This document shows, piece by piece, positions 1 to 12,100 of a stretch of DNA of 64,000 bases. Source of the stretch: Lingula anatina (lineage: Eukaryota; Animalia; Brachiopoda); assembly GCA_051362555.1 (NCBI GenBank), contig CM120640.1, positions 46,850,788-46,914,787 of the forward strand, written 5' to 3'. The notes below the pieces were generated by a model. That model was not told the origin of the DNA. It searched no databases and worked only from the letters and a program-made list of their open reading frames with translations. Position 1 is the stretch's first letter. Every line of letters starts with the position of its first letter. Made by a program: the position numbers and the translations under genes.

Positions 1-145
1 AGATGAGAATAAATTCAGGTTATGACTTAACTAACAAATGAAGTGGTGAGTGGGAGAAATATCCACCCCAATATGCCTAAGACCTACAAGGTGAGAGAGG
101 AAATGCATAAAGTGTTTGTGGGATCCTTCATGGTACAAATCTTAC

Positions 146-178
146 CACATTTCCCTTCCTAGCTGCTGCCAACTCTTC
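146..178 (-). CDS. unc-22: Candidate 33-nt phase-0 microexon (EELAAARKGNV)
   Basis: GTTCAG|...|GTAAGA; in frame, no stop. Confidence 0.55.
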
Positions 179-3100
179 CTGAACCAACAACATTGATACA
201 AAACATTACACACTACTAAATCAAAGACACTTGGAAGCTCATGTCCCATTTACGAACAAATCAAAAATAACAAGGATGAATAATTCAACAAAACAAAATA
301 ATTACGAACAAAACATAAAATAATATATATAATATCTATTGTGTTAATCAACAATTAATTAAATCTAAAAAAATAATAAAAAACAAAATTTACAACAATG
401 AAAAATATGATTTATTAATCACATAAATAAACAATAAAATCAAAGAAATCAATTTAGAAAGCCAGTTAAGGACAGTGTAAGTACAGATTCATATGGGTAA
501 AATAGTTATAGATGGGGGAGGGGGGTAATTAGAAAAGCCTCCACACATATCAGGAATTCTATTTGCAAATAGGTTTTAAAAATACAAAGTGAAAATATAG
601 CTGTTTTTATGAAATCTCTCAGTTTGCAGCAACTGAAGACTATTACAAAATGACAAATGTGATGGGAAGATGTCAGACATATACATTTAGAATGGAAATA
701 TGAAGAAATTATAGGCAAGAAGAACTGATGGAATACTGCAAATGAAGGCAGAAAACCCAGATAAGGAATGGGCTTCTATCACATGTCTAAACAGGGGTGA
801 GATTTATTTAGAATAAACCTTAGGGTCCTCTAATTAATCACATGCAGGGATGTGAATGGGTCAAATCAAGTTGCCTTGAATGTATCACATCCCTTCAAGT
901 GAGAAGAACAAGATGCAACAAAGAAAACAGATTAGAGCCACAGATCTAAAAAGTCTGCTACATTTGGCCATTTTGGTACATTTCACAGAAAGCTGGAAGT
1001 CTATGAATAAGACTGCTAGTTTTTGTCATTTTCAAGGAAAGGCATTCTAACAGTAATATATTTAGGTAATAGTTTTACTTCTGATTGAGCAAAATCCCCT
1101 TCACCAAGCTTTAATAATCACATTCATTATTGATGGTATTGCATCATGCTTGATTATATCATCATTGAAAAGAGAGAAAATCTACAGTTTCAAGATGAGT
1201 TTCAAAAAGAGGATTTGGGTTCCTACAAACAGTAATTGTGGCTACCAACAAATACAGAGGGTAAATCACTACAAGAAGAAAGTTAACTCCTAAAAAAATA
1301 GGAAAGGTGGATTTCTACAAAGAATAGGAAATACACTGCTCACAAGTACTAAGAAAGGGATAAATTTTCACTAAACCAGGGCCTTATATCACATTATAAA
1401 GAAGGGAGAGGTCAGATCAAAGGCCTTATTTATTTACCTCACTTGCAGTCTTGCGCCAGTCCTGGGCGTGTATCAAATAAATATTTGTTAAATTAATAGA
1501 CAAAAAACTTAAAAAATACAGTAAGTAAAATCTAAAAAAAAAAGTTAATATAATCAAACTGAAATAAACTGAGTTAGTATATATTGAACAAAAATTATAT
1601 TTGTTGTTTACTAACTATAGGAGGTGAGGGTATAATTTTTGTTCTAGCTTTGTTTCTCTCCTTGGAACACAAAGTTGCTCTGATTTATCTTTTCAATATA
1701 TTTTCTGATAATTTCATAAAAATATTTATTTTTATTTTTCTACTACCAGACAAAACAGCATGTTGACATAAAAATATTTTTTTCATTAATTTCAGCGACC
1801 AAGAAGAGAAATAGGACAAAAGCCAAAATTAACATAACTTTATTACAGCAGATATATAGAAAGCAGCTAAAGAGGGAAATGGAAATAAATTTGAAAGAAA
1901 CTTACTGCCTTCAGACACCAAAGAAGAGAAAAGAAATGAATAACATCAAAATATATTCACACTTAATTGCAAACTAACAAAAATAAATGCCACATGAGAC
2001 ATAAGTACAACAGACAAAAAACATTTCTTTAAAACATTTAAAAATCAGATACAAGCCACTGAATAAGTAATTGAAGATTAAATCATTTCTCATAAAAAAA
2101 TTCTAGAATGGATTTCAAAAATTTTTCTTGAACATCTTATGTAATTATAAAAAAGACAAATCGAAGTATTATTTATTATAGGTGGTAGATTCTATAGCTC
2201 CAAAATCAATGGTGCTGTGTTTTAAGAAGTTTCCAGCCGTTAAAATCAGTTATTCTTTCCAAATGTTCAAATATTAAATAATAAACAGAAAATAGTTTCA
2301 AATTAAATACAGGCATTTTTTCTAAATTCGCACTTAGAAAGAAACCTAGATCTGCTTTATTACAAGATCAACTAACACAGATAAGTATTTGACCTACCTG
2401 AATGAGTTCTCCCATCTTGTACCATTCCACATCAGCGAGAGGATCACAGATGAAACACTCCAGGATGGCATTCTTTTTCCTGTGCACAGTCATGGTCTTA
2501 GGCAGTGGGGTAGTGAAATACACTAACTTAGGCCTCTCTAAAATTCAGAGATATAGTAACAGCCTTCAAAATTCAGAATTGTTTACTGTATATAACAGGT
2601 ATTTGTACATCACAGTGTGAAGTGGTGGTTATATTAAGCATGTGAAGCACCTTTAAAATAAATTTCCAAAATTCTCAATGAAAAACCAGCCATCTAATCA
2701 CTTGCACATAGGGGAGGGACTGAAATATTTATTATATTGGACCTCATCTGGATCATAGCCACTGTTGTACCTACCCTCTACATACAGCCAAGCAGATGTT
2801 GTGGCATCATTACACTGGCAGGTGAACTTGCCACCGTCTTCCAGAATGACTTCTTTGACAATCAACTTGTGGTTAGGACCATCACTGTGGAAGTGATACT
2901 TCTCTCCATGGAAAATCTCCAGCTTGTTTTTGTACCACCTGTTGGTAAAACAAACAAAACCAATTCATTGATGCATCAAGTCATATGTTTTTTGGAATGA
3001 AATGTTGGCATAATATGTGGCTGGCAAAAGCAATACACATTTTTTGGGGGGCTTTTGAAAATATCAGACACAAATGTTGATTTTGGCAACCAAAGCAGAA

Positions 3101-6100
3101 TCATCCAACTTCACATGGATACACATTAAAAATCCATTTCTACCAGAGTGAATCTTTCAGTCCAATGTTCTGAGCCAATGAGAAGTGGCCAGGATAACAC
3201 ATCAATGCTGCACAATATAAAATTGACTGGAATCTACTAGGTCTCAGTCCCAACAATGCAGGAGATGACAACCTCCGAAGTAAATGATTATGATATTACT
3301 AACCTGACAACAGCATTAGGCTTGCAGAATGTACACCTAAACACAGCATTGACCTCATCTTCCTCCTTCACCTTCTGATCCTCAAGCTCCTTCACAAACT
3401 TGTCTGGCTCCTGAAATTGAACAAAACAAATCAAAATTATTCAAATGAAAGGAATTTTTGTTAAAGTTCATCACATTCTCTTGCTGCATGTACCATGAGA
3501 CTCCACTGTATCCTCAGCAAAGCGTAACAGTAAATTCACTATTTTTAATTTAAGCCAAAGAACTAAAGATTTAAAATCAGGTAAGAAAAATAGACTGCAT
3601 GCTGTTTACAGTTTAACAGCAAAAAGCTATATTCATAATTGGCCCTACATTCCTCCATTAGCCTTCAACACACACGCACCTCTTTCTTTTTCTCCGTATG
3701 CTTCAGAGTTGGCCAATCTGGTACAACATCAGCCAGAGAGGCACGGCGATCTTTGGAGCCTCTGCGCTCTGGTGCCAACTTCTCTGAATCTTCTTGGCGA
3801 GAAACTTTCTTCAGTTTGGGTATCTCAATGCTGTCCCGACGACCAGTGGAGGACCTGCGCCTCTCTGGGGTTCCCTAAATTGTGGAGAATAATACAAAAT
3901 GAAACATGACACTTAATGTCAAAAACAATACCAAAAATGGTGCCTTAATAAAAACAAAAATGAAAAAAATCTAACTGATATATGACTATACGTGTCAGAC
4001 AGTCAAAATGCTATTGGCAAGTAACCATGAATGACATTGAAGAAATGTAACTTAATACCTGAAATGTATTTATCTCAATATTATTTTCAAGTTACTTGGT
4101 TTAAATTTTGCAGTAAATGTAGTACCTCTGTTTCACTGTCACCTTCAGTTTTCTTCAAATTGATCTTTGCCATCTCAATCTGTGATGGTCGCCTGCCTTT
4201 GTCCACTAAAATATTATTATACAAAAATTATAGTGGGACTGAAAAAAATTACCATACACAAAAAAAAAAGAAATATATACATATATAATTAAAAAAACAG
4301 AGATACATATAAATTACATCACTTACTTACCTTTACATGTCAAATCTAAAGATAGCAAGTATAAAATTTTACTGCAAATTCTGATAATTATGCATACCTT
4401 CCTTGAGTTTTCCCCAATCTGGATCTTCATCCTCTTGTTTGTTCTTTTTGTAATTGCTACAAGATAAACAAAGAACATGCATCTTAGTACAATTGGAAAG
4501 ACCACATGCAGACATTGAAAATCATCTTCCAATTTTTACTCTTTGAATGGACATTGGAGTAGTCACAACTTTTAGGTTTAATACTTAAAATTATTTAATG
4601 TTATTCACACGATATAGATATTGCTTTTAGAGCTTACTGTTTCAAGTGATATCAATGACGCCTTTCTCACCTTTGTTTTAGAAGATCCCTAAAGTCTAAT
4701 TTAGAATCCTTGGGATCTTTGACAAAGATGGTGAATTTGGCTTCATCAGTCATTTGTCCATTAGCATTTTCCAAGAACACAGCATATTTTCCCTCATCTG
4801 GAAAGCGGGACTTCTTAATGTGCAATGTGCAGCGTTTGTTGGGGGCATCCATATTGATTACTGTGCGAGCATCATTCTTAAGCTGCCTCTTCCCTTTGAA
4901 GAAACGCACAAACGGCATTTCCTTGCCATCAACATCAATTTCCAAGGTAATAGGATCACCTGAAAATTTAGAAGCATTTGAAACACATTACACTGAAATG
5001 CATTCCAACCTTTTAGAAAGGACAGAAGCACGACAGTAGCAATATACCAAATAAATAAATTTTAAAAACCAAGCACTGAACTTCAAAAGCAAGCAATATC
5101 TGACATAATATGTAGGAAGTTATGCACTATTTTCCCAGTGCTTTACCTTCAAGGATCACCAAATTAGCCGGCTTGTTCTTGATCTTAGGTCCTTCAACAG
5201 GGCCTTCTGGAGCCTTCTCTTGTTTAGGCTTACGTTTTGGACCCTCCTCCTCATATATTCCTGCAGCAGCCTTGATGAAAGACAAAACATCATATCTTGA
5301 TGATAACAACACATGTACTAGTGATCATGAAGATATCAAATAGCATTTAAATCAATGGATAATTTAAAGATCTTTTTGACTGGGGCATAACCTAGTTGAT
5401 TATACTAAATTTTTGTGCATCAAAAAATTAAATTACAAGACTACCTCTTTATATATTTTTATACTATTTATTGTGTCAGGCAATTTACTGTTTTACCTAC
5501 TAGTAATAAATACAGATGTTTAATATAATGCCATGCATGATAAAAATTGAAATTGGTATAGTTCAACATTTTAAGGAAAATTGTTCAATACCAGTAAATA
5601 TATATTTCTTCATTATTTTCATGTAACTATTAAAATATAAACTTACTGCTTTCTGTTCAGAACTGGGTTCAACTGTAATAATTAGAGAGAAAAATGAACA
5701 ACATACCCATTTAAAAATAGTGAAACAAAAAAATTAATATAAACAATCAAAGCAATTATTCACTAAAGGATTAATCAACATAAAAAATTATCAAGATTTG
5801 ATCTCATGAAATTAACCAAACAACTAAAAACTAATTCTTGAGATCGATAAACACTACTGATACATTTTACAAACATTATTGATATGTTTACTTATTATAA
5901 CACATTGTTGTTTTTAGTTATCAAAAGAGCAGATGAGAAGAGATATAGGAAATATAATTCTGACTGATAGCACATAAGTATAAAACAGTAAAACTGAAAA
6001 GTGACAGCCAAGAAAGAGATTTTTCTGAAAAAAATAAAGCAAATTATGATAACAAAAAGTTAAAAGTGTACACAACTTAAGATAAAGAAAGGAAAGATAA

Positions 6101-9100
6101 AAGAAATAAAAAGAGAAGAAAGATTGTCATGCCATCATCTCCTAAAAATTTTGAAAAACATACCCATATCAATTTTGACAAATTAAATATTTTATCTAAC
6201 ATTTGTTCTATCTAAGAAATGTTTGTCTCAACAAAAATATGGTGGTCAAAGTCATAAAATGAATAGAAATTCTTTTTTCATAGAGTATGTTGGCATGGCA
6301 AAAGACAAAAATAACTGCACACAGTTTGTTAGATCTCTGAAAAGTATAATCATAAGAGTTATTATGATGAAAAAGAAAATATGAAAAATTAAAAGAAAGA
6401 AAGCATTTTTGTGAGATTATAAAAATGTGATCTCTTGAAGTTCACACATGTTATAAAACATTAATGGTTTGAATTTGGTTGTTCAATCAATTGAGCAAAT
6501 GTAAATATTCTATTTTTTTTCACATTGCTGTTGTTTAAAACACATGTGAACTCAAACTGAAACCCCATTGAAACAAATTCAACCACACCCAGAAACTATC
6601 AAAATGGCCATCTGATGTATTTCACCATCTATGCAACTAAAAATCATTGTTGATAAAAGCAGAAAACAATATTTGCCAAAAAAAAAAAAAGATAAATAAA
6701 AATTAATTAATCTTAGTGAAAAAGACTGGATAATACTTTCTATCAAAGTATTATATGTGAAATGGCACATTGAGACGATAAAAACAATACAACTAGTCTA
6801 TGATTTTGGAAAAAACTAGTCTTCACTATACAATAAATAATGCATTCAGCACTGCACAGATTTGTACATTTAAAAATAAAAAAAAACCCACGACCACTAC
6901 ACCAAGTACCTTTTCTTCTCAAACCTGGTTTTACCCCAAGGGCTGAGGGTCTAATCCCCAGATCTTGAGCATAATCCTTTTGCTCATCATGCGACAGGGG
7001 CATGGGGACCCAATCGTCCGGCATATCATCATCGTCATCGTCAATCAAAATATCTGGGTGATCAAAATCTGGGTGTTCATCATCAATCAAGTTATCTGGG
7101 TGCTCAGCATCAATCAAGTTATCTGGGTGCTCATCAATCAAGATATCTGGGTGCTCATCAATCAAGATATCTGGGTGCTCATCATCTTAATGGGGAGAGG
7201 ACAAAGAAAAAGGTGCAAGAAATAAATATCAAGGTATGAGTAAGCACAATCCAGGTAAATAAACAAGCTTGACTTCTCACTTGTGATTTGGGTGTGTCCT
7301 TTTTTTATCACTTCATTAAGCTCTCAATGTAACATATTGGTACTTATAAAAGAAAACTACATTACAATAACTTTCAAAGTTTATTACGATTTAGAAACCA
7401 TATACAATATAATATACATAAAGTGTTAATTCTTTTTTATATACTTATAAAGGTGATCAGCAGAGAGAAGTCAAACTTGCTGTGTGTAAACACATTTCCC
7501 TGCACACAAGCTGATCACAAAGTAGATCTTATTGGGCAGGGGAAAAGCAGGAAGGCAATGCAGGATAAACTTAGTTACATTTTAAAGCAAACTATTATTT
7601 AAACCTGGGAATCATGGAGAATCAAATATGGTCTTTCTATTTATATAATAAATTAGAGAATAAGGATGGTTTTTGTGATTTTTTTACAAGTCCTGTTAAG
7701 AACAAATAAATAATAGTGTAAAAAAATACAGCAAACAAAAAAATATTAATAGGTCCCAGGTTCAAATAAAAATGTATGTGTTTACAGGGTTCTTTAAAAG
7801 CAATTGGGCTAAAAATGTATGTTTCAAATATTATATTATGTGCAATATGGAGGTAAAAAGTGCCTGAAATATAGCTCAATGGGTTATGGGTCAGAGCAAG
7901 TAAAATATTCATCTTCACTTCCTGGTGCTGAAAATGTAAATGGCAGCTTGTGTAATGCAGCAAGGGATAGCTATTATTAGTTTTGCTATAAAATGAAATC
8001 TACACATACTACCAGAAATGAATCTAAACACACTACAAGTAATGCTGCATGTGTACATATTAGCACAATGAGGAAAACTTCTGCCATTTTAAAAAATAAT
8101 ACCATGAAATTCAGTTTCTTAGAAAGTTTTAATTATGCACAACCAAATACCAAACAGTTGTTTCAGAAAGAGATTAAGAGAAACGGATGTTTTGGTATTA
8201 AAATAATTTGGTTTTACTCAGAAAACAAGAGGGTTTCCTCATCATGCTGTGCAATGTGTGGATCTTAACATGTCTAAACAGTGACTGGATCAAGCACACT
8301 ATGTGCGTGTGAAGGGAAAATAAATACACAAATATCATTATCCAACAAATTTGTCATGAGAATATGAAATGCTTCTATACAACAAATGGCACTGTAAAAA
8401 TATTTTTAAATTATACTAACAGAAACTGAATTTTTTCTCAAAAAGGGTAAATGTTCTTACACAAAGTAATGGAGTCTGTTTGTTTAGAAGCATTGCAATT
8501 AAATATGACAAATTTGAATTAAAAGATAATGCAATACTGTAAGCCTAAAGCAAATTTGAAATCAATATACATATAATTTCATTGGGAAAGGCAAAAAGCA
8601 AGATTATAAGATTATGCCAGCGACACCATAACACCAAAGTCATGAGCTAAGTATGTTTTTGACAAAAATTTACACCAACACATTGTACATAAATGATCAG
8701 AGACACAAAGATTTGCCAAAAGTGTGTGCTCTAAAATTAGTCTTAAAAACAGAAAAAAAAAACAGTCCAGTTTAATTTAGTTTATATTCGGGTATGATAT
8801 ATATACCAAGAATAAACCTAGATACAGGTAAGTCCCATTTAAATACATACTGTTATCTCATATTGGCTCATACCCTTTAATGTTATGATGAGTGGGTGTG
8901 TGTGAGGAAGCAGGGTGAGAAGATGTGATAAAAAAGAAGAAAAGTATTGTTTTGCTCACCTTGTGCCCAGCTATTCTCTTATTGTGACTATTTTAAACAA
9001 CTCTGGTGTACTTACTGTGCTCCAACTAAAACTGGCTTAATATACATGTACTTACTACAAAAACAAAGATACCATATCATGCAATTAAACCTACTAGTTT

Positions 9101-12100
9101 TGCTTCATAGTCTAGTTACATATCTGTTTAAGGTATTTCTAGGTAAATTGGTGGTGCTAACATGTTGTTTAATCTACCCACTCACATGTGACAGGATATT
9201 CTATTCTAAATCACACAATACCATTGCAAGTGGGATCTGAACTATCACAAAATATGAAGGGTTTGGTTAAATTAATTGAATATTAATTTTACATTACGCT
9301 AATAATGACTAAAAACATTCATTTCATTTTTATGACAAAAGCAAAGAGGAGATTTGTTACAAATATAATAATAAGGGATATGTACATCAAAATAAGATAC
9401 AGTCAAAGTTAAATATAATGTACGAATCAGTGCAAGGAAAATAATAATAATTCGAGGATTTTTTAGAAGAGCTAGAGCACCCAATACATTGTGCAATATA
9501 ATTTTCTTTATTCAGAAGAAGCTTCCTGAATAAAAACTGCTTCTTCTAAACGTAACTGTTTGGTCCTGCCAAAGCATTCTTTCTTTCTTTCATTTCAGGT
9601 TATGCTCATATTCAGTCCCTCCCTCAACTAAAATTACACTTGACAGTTCAATTTTTCACAATGGTAGCTCTCTTAAAAATTCTAAAACCAAGGGAAATTA
9701 AGACACATCACTAAAAGAAAAAAATCCCAAATGGTGCTTTGCTTTCTTTCTCAAAGAAACAGACTTCTACTTGTAGTTGCTACAGCACCCTCTAGTTCCA
9801 CCACCACCAAGCAATCAACAACCAATATGGTTTTGTCCTTGTGTCCTCTTTTCTTATATACTATACCTTCCTCTATGATGGTTGACTCTAATGGCATATG
9901 AGCCACATGTTTTCTCAGGTGATTATTCAAATCTTCCACATGATTTGCATGTCCTGTAATAATCAACCTTCATTATTTAAAACCATGCAATATGAAACTT
10001 AATTAGATATATAGCCTTAAGCATATCAGTGGCTACCTTCTTGGACTTGAACCTCTGAATTACCTGAAACTGAGGTAAAAAAAAATTGTTAGTGAACTTG
10101 AAAAAGGTATTGATAAATACCACAAATAACTAAATCAACAGGACAAACAAATCACCAAACAAGACAAAAACAACTTCACCCTACCTGGTTTCTTCTCATC
10201 CTTTTTGGGTTCTTCTTTTTTACCTGGGGCTGTTTTTTTCTCCTCTGGTTTCTTCTCTTCTGGTTTTTTCTCATCCTTCTTGGGTTCACCTTTTTTACCT
10301 GGTTTCTTCTCGTCTGTGATTTTTGAAGAGAGTGAGGGAAAGAAAGAGGTCGTGAAAGGAAGTGAGGTGAGGCATGCAAGAACGAAAGGGGAAAAATGAG
10401 ACACTGTGATGTCTTTTGATGAACAAAAATCACAATTTCAAACAAAGAATAATTTTGAAATAATGAATAAATTTTGAAATAATAAACATTTCTGTAATTC
10501 CAAAATGGATATTTTGGCTTAATTGTTTTGATAAGAAAAGTAAACCAGTGATTTTTTTTTCTTATTTGTTTTATTATAGTTTTATTGCCTATGGTAACAA
10601 CACTAGTGTATCAAGACTGTCAGGTAAAACAAAAGAATACAGAATGTCAGTGAGTTCAGTTTCGATCATCCTATGTTCTTCTGTTTTAAAATATAAAGTC
10701 AGATTTAGTATGTAGGGATAGGAATTAAAGGAACTAAATAACAATTATCTGATAAGGGTCAAACTACTGCAATACCTTAAGCAAAGTGAACAAGTAGGGA
10801 AACAAGTGCTACAATGGAACACACAGTGTGTTCTGCTTTCAAGAAATCCATTTTATTTAAAATTCAACTGTTTTGTTTAAAGGAAACTGCCTATGGATGT
10901 ACAGGCACTAGATCATTGTACAAAGAACTCTTTATCCATATGAAGAAAGAAAATTATAATAATGCCTATGGTGCAACTGAAATACATTCCCATTACTCCT
11001 GGAAATTTCAGTATTTGTTTGGTCATGCATCATTTACCATTTTATGATAATCTGGTGCAAACATACAACATGACAAAATCACATGAAACAAGGCAGCAAG
11101 TCAATCAGGAGATGGATGATAAAATCATTAAAAGAAAAATATTCATTTAGTTCTTTTAGATAAAACATCTAAATGTTAGAAATGCTATGTGTGGTTTTCA
11201 ATTTCATTTCAGGGCTTAACATTTTTCTACAGTTTTAACAGCTTTAGCAGTTACAGTGGCAGCTATGTAGGCATATGCACTCAAAGCACGGTCTGTGCAA
11301 TTTTCATTAAAGTTTTTATTTGCTACTAATAACATAGACTTCCGTGCCTGTGAATTGCCAAAATAATGTTTGGTATGGTACCAAAAATTACCAGGAAAGG
11401 GATAAGAAGGCAGGGAGTTCAAATACGCTACAGAGTTGCAGGTGCTATTTCTCAAATAGACTGATTTCAAGAAAACAAGTCTAAAGAGGCTAGAAGAATA
11501 GGGAGGTGGAGGGGAGTGATCTGTAAAATACCATTTAATTACCTTTCTGTCCACTGTATGGGCCTTCATCCAAAAGATATTTGTCTGTCTTCTGACTGCA
11601 CACCAACTACTTTGTACACTAAACACACTCAACACACTTGTGAACAAAAATAAATTGAAAGTTTTAAAAAAGCAACTCAAAATAATCACCCACCTGGTTC
11701 TACAATGGTTGGAACACCTGGCTTGCCTGTGTTATAAAAAAGCCCACAATAAACAAAAATTATAATGCACACTTTAATTTTGTAAATTAAATAGCAAAAA
11801 ATTGAAATAAAAAAAACTTAAAATAATCAAATTATACTTATATAACTAAAAATAAAATAAACAAATGCATCACACAGGACTACATTTCATTCGATAGCTC
11901 TTCAAAGCATATAGCCTCTCGAGAATCTTTTATGAGTAATTTGAAACTTAAACACCTCATTGTCTTCAGCTATGGAGCAAGAGCCCAAAGATGTAAGTTT
12001 CAATTATAAGATGAGGTTTCATTTCTTTGAACCGCTTCAAATATATTTTTCTGTCCTTATACAAAATGAACTTGGATCACATCTACCTTACTAATAAATA

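Noticed and set aside
8960-8970. Good donor AAG|GTGAG with a nearby AG
   Set aside because: Purine-rich acceptor context, and 11 nt would break the frame
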